From Histomonas meleagridis 2922-C6/04-290x (taxonomy: Eukaryota > Protista > Parabasalia), in assembly GCA_020184695.1 (NCBI GenBank), contig JAANOX010000128.1, positions 124,001 to 188,000 on the forward strand: a DNA stretch of 64,000 nucleotides, in the 5' to 3' direction. Below are positions 8,856-19,478 of the stretch, piece after piece. Below the pieces are notes generated by a model. The model ran no database searches, was not told the DNA's origin, and saw only the letters and a list, made by a program, of their open reading frames with translations. Numbering within the stretch: the first letter of the stretch is position 1; every line of letters begins with the position of its first letter. Both the position numbers and the translations under genes were made by a program.

Positions 8856-10475
8856 TTACTTAGCTTCGAATATGTAACATGTAAGTGCATCGCAATTCAA
8901 GTTGAATCCGCCATTACCACTATATTGTTGACCTGAGATAAGATCTTTGAAGGATGATCCACCACAATTAACATAAACAGTTGTTGGTGAAGTTCCTGTA
9001 TTAACAACGAAGACAATTTTTGTTTGTGTTTGAGAATCCCATTTAACATTAATGAGTGCTCCATCTTTAGTTGAAACACTATTGGAGCCTCTCCACATTG
9101 CTGGATAATTTTGACGAATGCTCATTATCTTTGCAGTGTAATCATGTAAGTCTTGTTCATTATTGTTGAATCCAGAGATATGTCCATCAGTACGTGCAAC
9201 ATTATCACCAGCTGTATTACCACCACAGCCATAAGATTGCCAGCAGTCAGCGATGTCACCAACTTCATCACCATAATAAATAGTAATTGGACCAGTATAA
9301 GCAGCTAAGCAACCTAAAGCGATCTTATAACGCTTCCAATATGAAGGATTGCTTCTATCATAACCATATTTGTTACGGATTAAGTTACCAAATCTCCAAA
9401 CATCATGGTTTGTAATGAAAAGATTTGGATAAACATCTGATGAATATCCTTTTTCACTTGGTGTCTTGAATACATTTGTAAGTGTACCAACACCATAGCC
9501 ACCAGCACCACTTTCTTCTTGTGCTATAACTTGAACAAGGTTATAACGTGATGGGAAATCAAATGCTGATTTAAGACCATCTTGTGAATATGTTTGTGAT
9601 TGGATTTCGCTAGCACCACTCCAATGTTCACCAACCATATAACCAAGTGTACCCCATTGTTTACCTTGGCTCTTACGTTCATTGCAAACACTTTGAACTG
9701 CTTCACGAATTTCATGCCAATAGTTATGACCGTTTTGATAGACTTGATAACATTGATCAAGACGCCAACCATCAATTTCATATTCACGGATCCAATATGT
9801 TGCAACTTCTTTATAAAAGTCTAAGCTTCCTGGATATGAAACTGGGTTACTGCCTCCTTGTGGATATTTACCACTTGGTGATCCTTTGACATTACCTCCA
9901 TGATGACCGAAAACACCATCTAAAAAGATATACATTCCACGGTCATGACAGCCTCTGATAAGATTACGAAGATCATCATTAGAACCAAATTTTGGATCGA
10001 CATTGAAATAATCAGTTGCAAAGTAACCTGTTGATTGAAGTAATGAACCACCAGTACCACCTGTTGAATCAAATACTGGTGTAAGCCAAATAGCATTGAC
10101 ATTAAGACCTTTGATGTAATCAAGAGCATTTATGATACCTTTGAGATTACCTCTATGACTGCTTGGACCATAGCCTGTGCAATAGCATGACGATCCATCG
10201 CCTTGGAATGATGAGACCATAATTTGATAAATTGTAAGTGAATTGAAATCAGTGTTTAATCCATTTGATGCTGTTCCAACTGTAGTTGTACCTATTGTTG
10301 TTTGTGTTGTAGAAGTTGTTTTGTGGAATGAGATAAATCCTATTGTTGTACCAACAATTAAACCAATTCCAACACATAATGCTGCAACCCAATAATACCT
10401 TCTCTTTGGTTTGACTTCTTTCTGTGATTCAATATCCTTTGAACCAAGAAGAGGCTCGTTTTGTATTTCTTCCAT
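8856..10475 (-). CDS. GH13 alpha-amylase-family glycosidase, bacterial type, with N-terminal type II membrane anchor
   Basis: IYQIMVSSF, GNLKGIINALDYIKGLNVNAIWLTPVF, DGVFGHH, catalytic DGWRLD / VGEHW / NHD; TM YYWVAALCVGIGLIVGTTIGFISF followed by a Thr-rich linker. Confidence 0.92.
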   Translation of the reverse strand: MEEIQNEPLLGSKDIESQKEVKPKRRYYWVAALCVGIGLIVGTTIGFISFHKTTSTTQTTIGTTTVGTASNGLNTDFNSLTIYQIMVSSFQGDGSSCYCTGYGPSSHRGNLKGIINALDYIKGLNVNAIWLTPVFDSTGGTGGSLLQSTGYFATDYFNVDPKFGSNDDLRNLIRGCHDRGMYIFLDGVFGHHGGNVKGSPSGKYPQGGSNPVSYPGSLDFYKEVATYWIREYEIDGWRLDQCYQVYQNGHNYWHEIREAVQSVCNERKSQGKQWGTLGYMVGEHWSGASEIQSQTYSQDGLKSAFDFPSRYNLVQVIAQEESGAGGYGVGTLTNVFKTPSEKGYSSDVYPNLFITNHDVWRFGNLIRNKYGYDRSNPSYWKRYKIALGCLAAYTGPITIYYGDEVGDIADCWQSYGCGGNTAGDNVARTDGHISGFNNNEQDLHDYTAKIMSIRQNYPAMWRGSNSVSTKDGALINVKWDSQTQTKIVFVVNTGTSPTTVYVNCGGSSFKDLISGQQYSGNGGFNLNCDALTCYIFEAK

Positions 10476-11023
10476 TAAAAAATGAAGTCAAGAAGAAGGT
10501 GAGGCATTTTCTTTGCAAAATGAACAGAGGGAGGTAGCTTCTCAAATCGAGCGGTTATTTCATTCAAAAGATAAATCTCACACAAAAAGTGCCGACAGGT
10601 AATACAATACTCAAAAAGTCGATGTTATCAAAAAGTGACAAATCCTAAGCAAGAGTGTGCCTTTGTAATATTATTTGGTCGTTTTTATTCTTAATTATTT
10701 CATTTCCTTTATTTACAAGATCCATGTTATTTTATACAATATTCTCAATAGCTTATATATTCATTTTAATATAAATTTTTTTTGAAAAAATCAATCAAAT
10801 TTTGTTATATAAAATAGGTTAATATAACCTAGGAATCAGTAAATACTTCATGAAGGGTAACTCACCTTTCAATAAAATAAATTTTATCTGTTATCTACAA
10901 GGGTATAACGTTTGTGATTTTTTTCAAAAGTTTTACAAAACAAAAAGCACAAAACTAAACATAAATGCTGGTAGAAAATAAGACATTTAGAACACACTAC
11001 ATTTTATTATTTATTTATCTTAA

Positions 11024-13018
11024 TTACATTTGCTCAATGAATTTATCTTCTTTGAAGTCATCTGCAAAAGGATCTTCTTCAATATTTGAGATAGATATTC
11101 CTGCTGTGAATGTGTTTGTGGTTTGGTTATTATCATTTTGTTGTTCTGAAATTTCATTTTCAGTAATTTCTTCTTTTTTATTTTTGATTCGAATCAATAA
11201 TATAATAAGTAATGAAATTATAATAATAACAACAATAACGCAAACGATTATTATGATAATTGTTATTTTGTTATCATTTGTTTGAAATTCATTGTTATAA
11301 ATAAATGTAAAGAAGTTCGAATAATAATTGTAATAAGTTGAATAAATAATAACTGTGTAATCATAATATATAAATTCTGTTTCAATATAAATATACGATG
11401 AATTGATCGTAATTAGAGAAAGTGATTTTGTTTGTATTTCATAATAAGTAAATGATAATGTGAATGATAATGTAACTGTTAATAGATATGAAAAAGATTT
11501 CGTTATATCATGTTGAAATGATTCAGTAAATGTATTCAATTTTGAAAATGTATTAATACTGAATGTATGCGATTGAGAAAATGTACTTGAGGCAGAATAT
11601 GTGTTACTTCGACTGAATGTATGTGATGATGAAAATGGATTTGACTGAGAATATGTGTTACTTCGACTGAATGTATGTGATGATGAAAATGAATGTGTTG
11701 CAATTGCTTTGCAGCTTTCTCCCGCGTTTTCTTTGTCAACACTTAATCCTCCAAAGTTACTTCCTATATATGTTGAATATGTGATAACATTCGTTGAAAC
11801 ATTATAAAATGCATATTCACCAATAGCTGGTTCTGTCTCACCATAATAATAAATGCATTCAAGCGCATTACAATTACTAAATGCTGATTCTCCAATTTCT
11901 GTTATTCTATACCCAAGTGTTAATATCATTAAATCAGAACATGATGAAAATGCTGAACTACCAATAGTTGTGACTGAATTTGGAATTATAATGTCTTTAA
12001 TTGATGAACATAATGAAAATGCTGAACTACCAATAGTTGTGACTGAATTTGGAATTATAATGTCTTTAATTGATGAACATAATGAAAATGCTCCACTACC
12101 AATCGATGTAACATTTTCTCCAAAAATAATCCTTTCTAAACTTAAGCATGACGAAAACACATAATTCCCAATATCTGTCGTAGAATTACCAAAATTAACT
12201 GAATTAACTGATGGCCATCCTGAAAATGCATTATTTGGAATGAAATAAATTCCTTCACCGATATTTATAAATTTCGTAGTACTTTTATATTGGTCAATTT
12301 CACTAAAATCATTTGAGTTTGTTATTGTTAATGTTGAAGTATTATCATAAAATAATTGAAAAGAATTTATGAAAAATATAAAAAATATTATAACATTTTT
12401 ATGTTTTTTCTTTTCGTTTGTTTTCAATTTGTAGTTGGTCAAAAAAAAATTCTGTGGAAACAGTGGTTTTTTCTGATAAAAATTGATATAAACCACCACA
12501 ATCATCATTGAAAAAATAGCGGTTAAACGAACATAAGCATTGAATTTAAATGGTCGGTCTTTTTTATCGTTTTGAATTGATGCAAAACAAAGAAATTCGT
12601 ACTGGTTTAAAGATATATTCCCATAATGCATATTCATAGGTTGTGTTGACATGTTGTTTTCAATAAGCATACTTGTTATAAAGAATTCATTTTGTGTAAT
12701 TGTAAAATATGATGCTAGGAATTTTATTTTGTCATAAAAGAATTGAAGTATTTCTGATGTACAGCTACTGTCAGCCAAGAAATTTGAAAATATACTTGTT
12801 TTAAAGAAAGTAGAATTAATGTTAAATATATTAAAATTCGCATGCTTAATTCCAATGACTGGAACATCTACATTGTGTGTGTGAGTAAGACCTTCTTTGC
12901 TTAGGTTCTTTTTCATATTTGATATTTTTGTAGTTGTAAAAAATGGAATTCCTGGTATTGTATCGGTTGTAAATTGCTTTGTTATGCTCGAAACGAACAG
13001 CAAATGAAGAATTTTCAT
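11024..13018 (-). CDS. BspA-like TpLRR surface protein, copy 1 (start uncertain; 196-codon unique N-terminal extension)
   Basis: IPNSVTTIGSSAFSxCS repeats, Ser/Thr hexapeptide stalk, TM (ITIIIIIVCVIVVIIIISLLIILLI), acidic tail ending EEDPFADDFKEDKFIEQM. Confidence 0.85.
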   Translation of the reverse strand: MKILHLLFVSSITKQFTTDTIPGIPFFTTTKISNMKKNLSKEGLTHTHNVDVPVIGIKHANFNIFNINSTFFKTSIFSNFLADSSCTSEILQFFYDKIKFLASYFTITQNEFFITSMLIENNMSTQPMNMHYGNISLNQYEFLCFASIQNDKKDRPFKFNAYVRLTAIFSMMIVVVYINFYQKKPLFPQNFFLTNYKLKTNEKKKHKNVIIFFIFFINSFQLFYDNTSTLTITNSNDFSEIDQYKSTTKFINIGEGIYFIPNNAFSGWPSVNSVNFGNSTTDIGNYVFSSCLSLERIIFGENVTSIGSGAFSLCSSIKDIIIPNSVTTIGSSAFSLCSSIKDIIIPNSVTTIGSSAFSSCSDLMILTLGYRITEIGESAFSNCNALECIYYYGETEPAIGEYAFYNVSTNVITYSTYIGSNFGGLSVDKENAGESCKAIATHSFSSSHTFSRSNTYSQSNPFSSSHTFSRSNTYSASSTFSQSHTFSINTFSKLNTFTESFQHDITKSFSYLLTVTLSFTLSFTYYEIQTKSLSLITINSSYIYIETEFIYYDYTVIIYSTYYNYYSNFFTFIYNNEFQTNDNKITIIIIIVCVIVVIIIISLLIILLIRIKNKKEEITENEISEQQNDNNQTTNTFTAGISISNIEEDPFADDFKEDKFIEQM
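11601..12431. repeat. 831-bp near-identical duplication, copy 1 (partner 14487-15317)
   Basis: Manual alignment without indels at offset 2886; only scattered substitutions. Confidence 0.9.
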
Positions 13019-13879
13019 GCTTCAGGATCTAATATAGTTCAAGACCTTTACCAAATACACATCGGCCAATACAAAAGTTAAAAATCATACGGTTAGTATG
13101 TAAAAAATTTGTATCTTTTTTGAGGTTTTTCAATTTAACCTAAAATTTGTTTGTTTCAATATTTAAAGACACAAGGAAAGGATAATACATTTAATGCTTG
13201 CAAGTACACTTTTAATTAATATATTGAATGAATGTGTTAGAGCTAAGTTTGCTGATTAAAATGATATATCTTTGTTGTTGCTAAGCACTTTTTAGAGTAT
13301 TAAATTTCAAGATTTTGAAGAGATATGCGTTCAATTCTTTTTATATTAATATATTTGTGTACGATTAAGCATCACAATTAATATAAAAGTAATAAGATAT
13401 GAAGTTTGTGATAAAACTTTATTTTCTATTTATTCGCATGCAATAATATGTTTTTCTTTTCAATATATTATTTAATTATACATAATATCTCTAATATATT
13501 AGGGATGTGTTTAGCTTATTATTAATAGATTGATTCAAATTATCTTTAAATATAATATTTTGAAGTATGAATGCTTATCATATAAATAATTTATTTTTCC
13601 ATTAATATTTTGTAAAGTAACTTTATGATTCATATCATTTACATTTAACATCTAATACTTAATGAAATATTTCTATTGTAAACTACAAATCATTTTGTAA
13701 ATCATGACATGAAACTATTTGAACTTTAGAATGTTATATCAAAACAATATTCAACATATTCGGGCTTCGAATTATATCAAAGTGGTAATCGGTTAATATT
13801 TCTCATTGCGAATCATTTCATAGTTTTTATTTAAATTAAAAATATATCAATTAAAAATATATTTTTATTTTACATTAAA

Positions 13880-15811
13880 TCATAGCCAATTGTCTTCATC
13901 TTCTTTAACAATATCTTCAACTAAAGTATTGACATCTTCCTTTTGATTTAAACTTGATGTAGTTGAATCCTTAAATTGTAATGTTGAAGTCGATTTTCGT
14001 TTTTTGATATTACTTTTTATTAAAAATATAACAATTCCAACAATTATTAATACTAATGCAATTGATCCGCAAATAATTCCAATCAATGCATTCGTTGTAA
14101 GTCCATTTGATGGTAAAATGTTCGTGTGAAACATTGTAATGAAATTTGAATAATAATTAAAATGTGTCGAATACATAATAACTGTGTAATCATAATAAAG
14201 AAATTCAGTTTCGATATAAGAAAATGTTGAATTAAATATGGATAATGAAAGTGATCTTGTTTGCGTCTCATAATACGTAAATGAATATGCAATTGTCAAT
14301 GTATATGCTAACGTATATGAAAACGAAAATGTGAAATCGTTTTGAAACGATTCAGTAAATGTATTTGACTGAGAATATGTGCGAATACAACTGAATATAT
14401 GTGATGATGAAAATGTGTTACTTCGACTGAATGTATGTGATGATGAAAATGTGTTACTTCGACTGAATATATGTGATGATGAAAATGTGTTACTTCGACT
14501 GAATGTATGTGATGATGAAAATGGATTTGACTGAGAATATGTGTTACTTCGACTGAATGTATGTGATGATGAAAATGAATGTGTTGCAATTGCTTTGCAG
14601 CTTTCTCCCGCGTTTTCTTTGTCAACACTTAATCCTCCAAAGTTACTTCCTATATATGTTGAATATGTGATAACATTCGTTGAAACATTATAAAATGCAT
14701 ATTCACCAATAGCTGGTTCTGTCTCACCATAATAATAAATGCATTCAAGCGCATTACAATTACTAAATGCTGATTCTCCAATTTCTGTTATTCTATACCC
14801 AAGTGTTAATATCATTAAATCAGAACATGATGAAAATGCTGAACTACCAATCGATGTGACTGAATTTGGAATTATAATGTCTTTAATTGATGAACATAAT
14901 GAAAATGCTGAACTACCAATAGTTGTGACTGAATTTGGAATTGTAATGTCTTTAATTGATGAACATGATGAAAATGCTCCACTACCAATCGATGTAACAT
15001 TTTCTCCAAAAATAATCCTTTCTAAACTTAAGCATGACGAAAACACATAATTCCCAATATCTGTCGTAGAATTACCAAAATTAACTGAATTAACTGATGG
15101 CCATCCTGAAAATGCATTATTTGGAATGAAATAAATTCCTTCACCGATATTTATAAATTTCGTGTTGTCTTTATATCGTTCAATTTCACTAAAATCATTT
15201 GAGTTTGTTATTGTTAATGTTGAAGTATTATCATAAAATAATTGATAAGAATTTATGAAAAATATAAAAAAAATTATAACATTTTTATGTTTTTTCTTTT
15301 CGTTTGTTTTCAATTTGATAAGTAATAATTTAATTTCATAACACAAAGAAAATCCCAAAATTAAAAAGTAACGCATTAGTGCTTGAACATTTTCATTGAA
15401 TTTGAACATTTTCTTTATGAAACTATTATTCATTTGCATTGATAAATGTGCTTTTAATGAAAAATGATTAAACACTAAAGAAAAGAATTGGAAACAATGT
15501 TTAACATATGAAATCGGTAATTCTAGCAAAGGGGAATTAAAATGATATCTTCTTGTGCTGATATTAAATGGATTCGATTCATTATCTTTTAGCATAAGAA
15601 AATTGGTGACTTTGATGGACACGTTCTTTTTATTAAGGCACGAGAATGTAAAGTATGCACAACACTTGGATTTTAAAGTAAGGCAAGGAGAGCACTGGAG
15701 AGTTTGAGAAATAGATAATTGATCACTAAAAATCTTAGAGACCAAGTTTTTTGGTGAGGTTTGTAATAAGCATAAGAAATGTATGGGAAAAACCAAGATG
15801 AAATAGCGCAT
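13880..15811 (-). CDS. BspA-like TpLRR surface protein, copy 2 (first ATG at 15811; ~165-codon unique N-terminal extension)
   Basis: Same LRR block as copy 1, longer stalk, TM LIGIICGSIALVLIIVGIVIFLI, tail ending EDEDNWL. Confidence 0.85.
   Translation of the reverse strand: MRYFILVFPIHFLCLLQTSPKNLVSKIFSDQLSISQTLQCSPCLTLKSKCCAYFTFSCLNKKNVSIKVTNFLMLKDNESNPFNISTRRYHFNSPLLELPISYVKHCFQFFSLVFNHFSLKAHLSMQMNNSFIKKMFKFNENVQALMRYFLILGFSLCYEIKLLLIKLKTNEKKKHKNVIIFFIFFINSYQLFYDNTSTLTITNSNDFSEIERYKDNTKFINIGEGIYFIPNNAFSGWPSVNSVNFGNSTTDIGNYVFSSCLSLERIIFGENVTSIGSGAFSSCSSIKDITIPNSVTTIGSSAFSLCSSIKDIIIPNSVTSIGSSAFSSCSDLMILTLGYRITEIGESAFSNCNALECIYYYGETEPAIGEYAFYNVSTNVITYSTYIGSNFGGLSVDKENAGESCKAIATHSFSSSHTFSRSNTYSQSNPFSSSHTFSRSNTFSSSHIFSRSNTFSSSHTFSRSNTFSSSHIFSCIRTYSQSNTFTESFQNDFTFSFSYTLAYTLTIAYSFTYYETQTRSLSLSIFNSTFSYIETEFLYYDYTVIMYSTHFNYYSNFITMFHTNILPSNGLTTNALIGIICGSIALVLIIVGIVIFLIKSNIKKRKSTSTLQFKDSTTSSLNQKEDVNTLVEDIVKEDEDNWL
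14415..14576. repeat. 36-bp stalk repeats (FSSSHTFSRSNT) in BspA copy 2
   Basis: Unit GTGTTACTTCGACTGAAT(G/A)TATGTGATGATGAAAAT at 14415, 14451, 14487 and 14541; copy 1 has only two units (11601, 11655). Confidence 0.9.
14487..15317. repeat. 831-bp near-identical duplication, copy 2 (partner 11601-12431)
   Basis: See partner feature at 11601-12431. Confidence 0.9.
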
Positions 15812-16142
15812 CCGTGTCAAAACTTGCGAAACTTGCCAATAAATCAGTCAAAAACGATACAGAGAGCTTCAACCGCTTCTTCTTTTCGTCAGTTCATTTG
15901 TATAACTTTTACTGAAACGCGTTTTATTGTTATTGCGATCGGAAGATGTTCACAAAGCTGAAACGTAATGATTTTAATGAAAAGTGACAGAATGTTCCCT
16001 TATTTAAATTGTTAAAGAAGACGAAAAAAATGAAACAAAGAAAATGATATCGTTTAGCATCAAAGGATTTTTGAATAAAGAGCGCTCAAAAAGTTTGTTT
16101 CAACACAATTAACAGAACAACAGATTGAATTTTTCAATTTAA

Positions 16143-16256
16143 ATAACCGCCAAGAGGACGATGGGCGAGATCAATTATTTAGCACCTTATGTAACGTCAA
16201 AACAAATATCACAGAGTCCATGGGAATTAGTTGATTTGCTCTTGTTTTATCAATAA
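16143..16256 (+). pseudogene. Possible relic of a protein-kinase activation segment
   Basis: ITAKRTMGEINYLAPYV...DLLLFYQ* resembles the T..GT..YxAPE / DxWxxG region; short and flanked by stops. Confidence 0.25.
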
Positions 16257-16327
16257 TGTTCTCCAAATTCTATTATTCAAAAAAATTATAAAGCAGACAA
16301 TTAACTTTATTTATAATATTATTTGTT

Positions 16328-17488
16328 TCACTTTGGAAGCTTACGTGTTTTTATTGATGACCTTATTGTTCTAACTGAATGTGGACTTTCTACACCACTC
16401 TTAGTTATTGTTTCTTGACTTGAATACAACTGTTGATCAGACAACACGAGTGTATTCATAGGCGATCCAAGTCTTTTGAATGCCTCATCTTCTGTTAATG
16501 CTCCTTTAACTTGAGATGTTTCTCTTCCACAAGCAATACAATGAACAGCACCAACTGAAGTTGATGAAAAATCTGGGAAGTTCTCTAGAGCGAATTCTCG
16601 AATCATTGCAATTACATCGTTTGGTGTAAGTGAATCTGAGACTTTTCGTTTGATATGTGTTAGATCTTTTTTCATACTATACACCACTTCTTTTAGTGAT
16701 TTAAGAAGGTTGTCAAGAGCTTCAGCGTCAATTTGGCTATCCTCATCAACAATTTTTTCATGCATTGCTTTTAGAAAACCTTGAAGTCTTGGAATGAGTT
16801 TATATGTGTATTCAACTGTTTCTTTAATTTCTTCAAATTTGGGCACTGGCGGTAAATCTGGTGAATCTCTCCAATCAGCAGTAAATTCAGGTTCGGGTGA
16901 AAGATCTGACAAGTCAAAAATTCGTTTTTCTACCTCAGATTGAAGCTTAGATAACGAGTTACGAAGATCAGCAAAATTACTGGTGATGAAATTTGTGGAA
17001 TTTTTCATTGATTTTTCAAGTGTTTTATCAAGAGAAACTTGAGAACCAGAAACTTCACCATAAGCTGTGGCGATTGTAAGAATGTGTTTCTTGTTTTCAT
17101 TAATTTCGTTTGTATGATTCTGTACGTTATTTTTTAATAAATTAATTTCATCTCTAATGTTTTTACCTGCGTTTTCTTGTCTGAGAGCTCTTAATTCTTG
17201 TTGGAGCAGTGCTAACTTGGAATTAGTGTTGTTAATATTATTTGTTAATTTTTGGTATAAATCATCTAATTTGTCATTAAAATCTTGTTCAAGTTCTTTA
17301 ACTTTGTCATTAAATTCTTGTTTTAATTTATTATTTGCAATTTCTATTTCTTGGCGGGATGGTTTATCTCGTAAAAGTCTTTGTAATTCGAGAATCATTT
17401 CCTCGTGATGATCAAGTGTTTTTTTAATATTCCTAAAAGCATTTTTAAATCCGGAATCATCAAACGTGAACTTGAATAATTCTTCCAT
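16328..17488 (-). CDS. Coiled-coil protein with C-terminal CxxC (HCIACGR) motif
   Basis: 386-aa ORF with heptad-rich N-terminal half and VGAVHCIACGRE motif. Confidence 0.75.
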   Translation of the reverse strand: MEELFKFTFDDSGFKNAFRNIKKTLDHHEEMILELQRLLRDKPSRQEIEIANNKLKQEFNDKVKELEQDFNDKLDDLYQKLTNNINNTNSKLALLQQELRALRQENAGKNIRDEINLLKNNVQNHTNEINENKKHILTIATAYGEVSGSQVSLDKTLEKSMKNSTNFITSNFADLRNSLSKLQSEVEKRIFDLSDLSPEPEFTADWRDSPDLPPVPKFEEIKETVEYTYKLIPRLQGFLKAMHEKIVDEDSQIDAEALDNLLKSLKEVVYSMKKDLTHIKRKVSDSLTPNDVIAMIREFALENFPDFSSTSVGAVHCIACGRETSQVKGALTEDEAFKRLGSPMNTLVLSDQQLYSSQETITKSGVESPHSVRTIRSSIKTRKLPK

Positions 17489-18172
17489 CTTTATTGCGCG
17501 CCACTTTTGATTTGATAACGTACATTATGTGTGGATCACAATGAAAAATGTGCTCGAGTAAACATTAATCGAAAGTATATTCTTTTTAATCATAAAAAAT
17601 CACTACCATGTATATAGCTTAATGCTTTAAATAATTTCTTTTCTTTCTTGGTAAATTTAATCATCTTTTTTTCCAATTGATCAATGATTATATCATTAAA
17701 GACACGTTGCTTGACCACCAATTCATGTTCTATATCCTCAATATTAAAAAAAATTTAAAGTAGAATTATCTTGACTGTGTTGGCTTAAAAGGGGAAAAAG
17801 GGTAAATATCTCATTCAAATTTACAGCTGTAATGAGCCCATTCAAAAGTTAAACGACGAAACTACATTTTCATTTCTACCGAATCTGATCTTGCATATCT
17901 CATCATCTTTTCCCATAATTTTAGAAGGTACCTTTGCATTTAACATTTTATAGTTTTGCCTCAATTTCTAGCCTCATGAATAACTTCAGATTTAGCATCA
18001 TAAATTTTATGTCATGCTTTTTGATGCAATTTTGAGAAAAATGGAACGGCTTTTTGTATAGAAACCGTTTTTATAGTGGAGAACGATTGAACTGAAACGC
18101 CATCTGAAAATCGATTTGCATTTAAAAAATTGTGTATGTTGTAAATTTAACCGACATTCCTCTGGATCATAA

Positions 18173-19114
18173 ATGGCTTCAAATTTCGCTTACCCTGAGA
18201 TGCTTGTAGATCTAGGGATATCCTATATCGAAGGCTTTGTTACGTCACTAAGTCAAGAAGAAACTACAAAGCTACGACAAGCTTTTGAAGATTATCTATT
18301 CGAAAAAATCAGTTACCGAGAGTGCCAACAAATCCTTAACAACATTGTAGGGAGAGACGACGCTTTGGCTCGCATCAGGGATATCATAAATATCCCAGAT
18401 GAGCCACTCCCTTATCATGAAGAAAATGATTTGGACGATTCAATATCTTTGCGTAAAAAGACAAGAACATGGACATCACAAGAAGATCAAAGACTCCTCG
18501 CTGCAGTTGCTCGTTTTGGCCTTGATAATTGGCAAGCTATTGCTCAATTCTTAGGAAATGGAAGAAATAGAGCTCAATGCTCTCAAAGGTGGACTCGTGG
18601 CCTTAACCCCAAGATCTCAAAGAAAAACTGGGACTCTACCGAAGATGCAAAATTAATCAATTTAGTCAAACAATACGGTGATAAGGCTTGGACAAAGATA
18701 GCTGGGGTCATGGGAAACAGGAGTGACGTTCAGTGTCGTTACCGGTACAAACAACTTACTTATGATGAAAATGACCAAAACTTCGTACCTCATACAATAT
18801 CACAAAGTAAATCATTCCACTGGAAGCAAAGTCCAACTCAAAGGTATACCAACAACAAACCATACAATTATATGCAATTAAAATCTCGTGGATTTTCTTC
18901 TGAACCCACTGCAGTTGGTGGACCACCCGAAAAACTATTTGATACATTCCCACTTCTTCCAATCAACATGGGCATACCACCACTTGTCAAGAAGACTGTT
19001 CCAGAAAAACAAGATCCAATAATTCTCCAAAACTTACCAGGCCAAAAAATCAAATGGGGGCCATGTGGTAATGATCAGCAACGTTTAGATGCCTTCCTCA
19101 GCCACTTTAAGTAA
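18173..19114 (+). CDS. R2R3 Myb-like DNA-binding protein
   Basis: WTSQEDQRLLAAVARFGLDNWQAIA...RNRAQCSQRW and WDSTEDAKLINLVKQYGDKAWTKIA...RSDVQCRYRY. Confidence 0.92.
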   Translation: MASNFAYPEMLVDLGISYIEGFVTSLSQEETTKLRQAFEDYLFEKISYRECQQILNNIVGRDDALARIRDIINIPDEPLPYHEENDLDDSISLRKKTRTWTSQEDQRLLAAVARFGLDNWQAIAQFLGNGRNRAQCSQRWTRGLNPKISKKNWDSTEDAKLINLVKQYGDKAWTKIAGVMGNRSDVQCRYRYKQLTYDENDQNFVPHTISQSKSFHWKQSPTQRYTNNKPYNYMQLKSRGFSSEPTAVGGPPEKLFDTFPLLPINMGIPPLVKKTVPEKQDPIILQNLPGQKIKWGPCGNDQQRLDAFLSHFK

Positions 19115-19478
19115 ATTTCATGTTATACAATTTCATATTATCCAATTTCTTGGATTATTGAATTTATAACCAAACTTAACTCAAATCGCAAACTCATGTA
19201 AATAAAAGCATCTCTCAATATTTTTTAGATTTGCTTCGAGATTTTATTTGTCATTGGGCCAAAGATTTTAAATAGTTTACACATGTCAACAGGTGTCAAT
19301 TTGAAAATATAAAATTTTATACCTTCTGAAAAATGTTTAATTTTATACAATTTTTGAAGCCATAACCGCCGGTTGACAACATATAAAACCCACAAAATTT
19401 TGCACAATTTTTATAAAATTATCAAAAATTATCGGTTTTAATTTTATAAATTTTTAACAAAATTTCTATTAATATTCT

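Noticed and set aside
17590-18020. Degenerate minus-strand coding remnant (ELVVKQ...KLFKALSYIHGS), possibly kinase N-lobe
   Set aside because: Multiple stops and frameshifts; similarity too weak to assign by eye.
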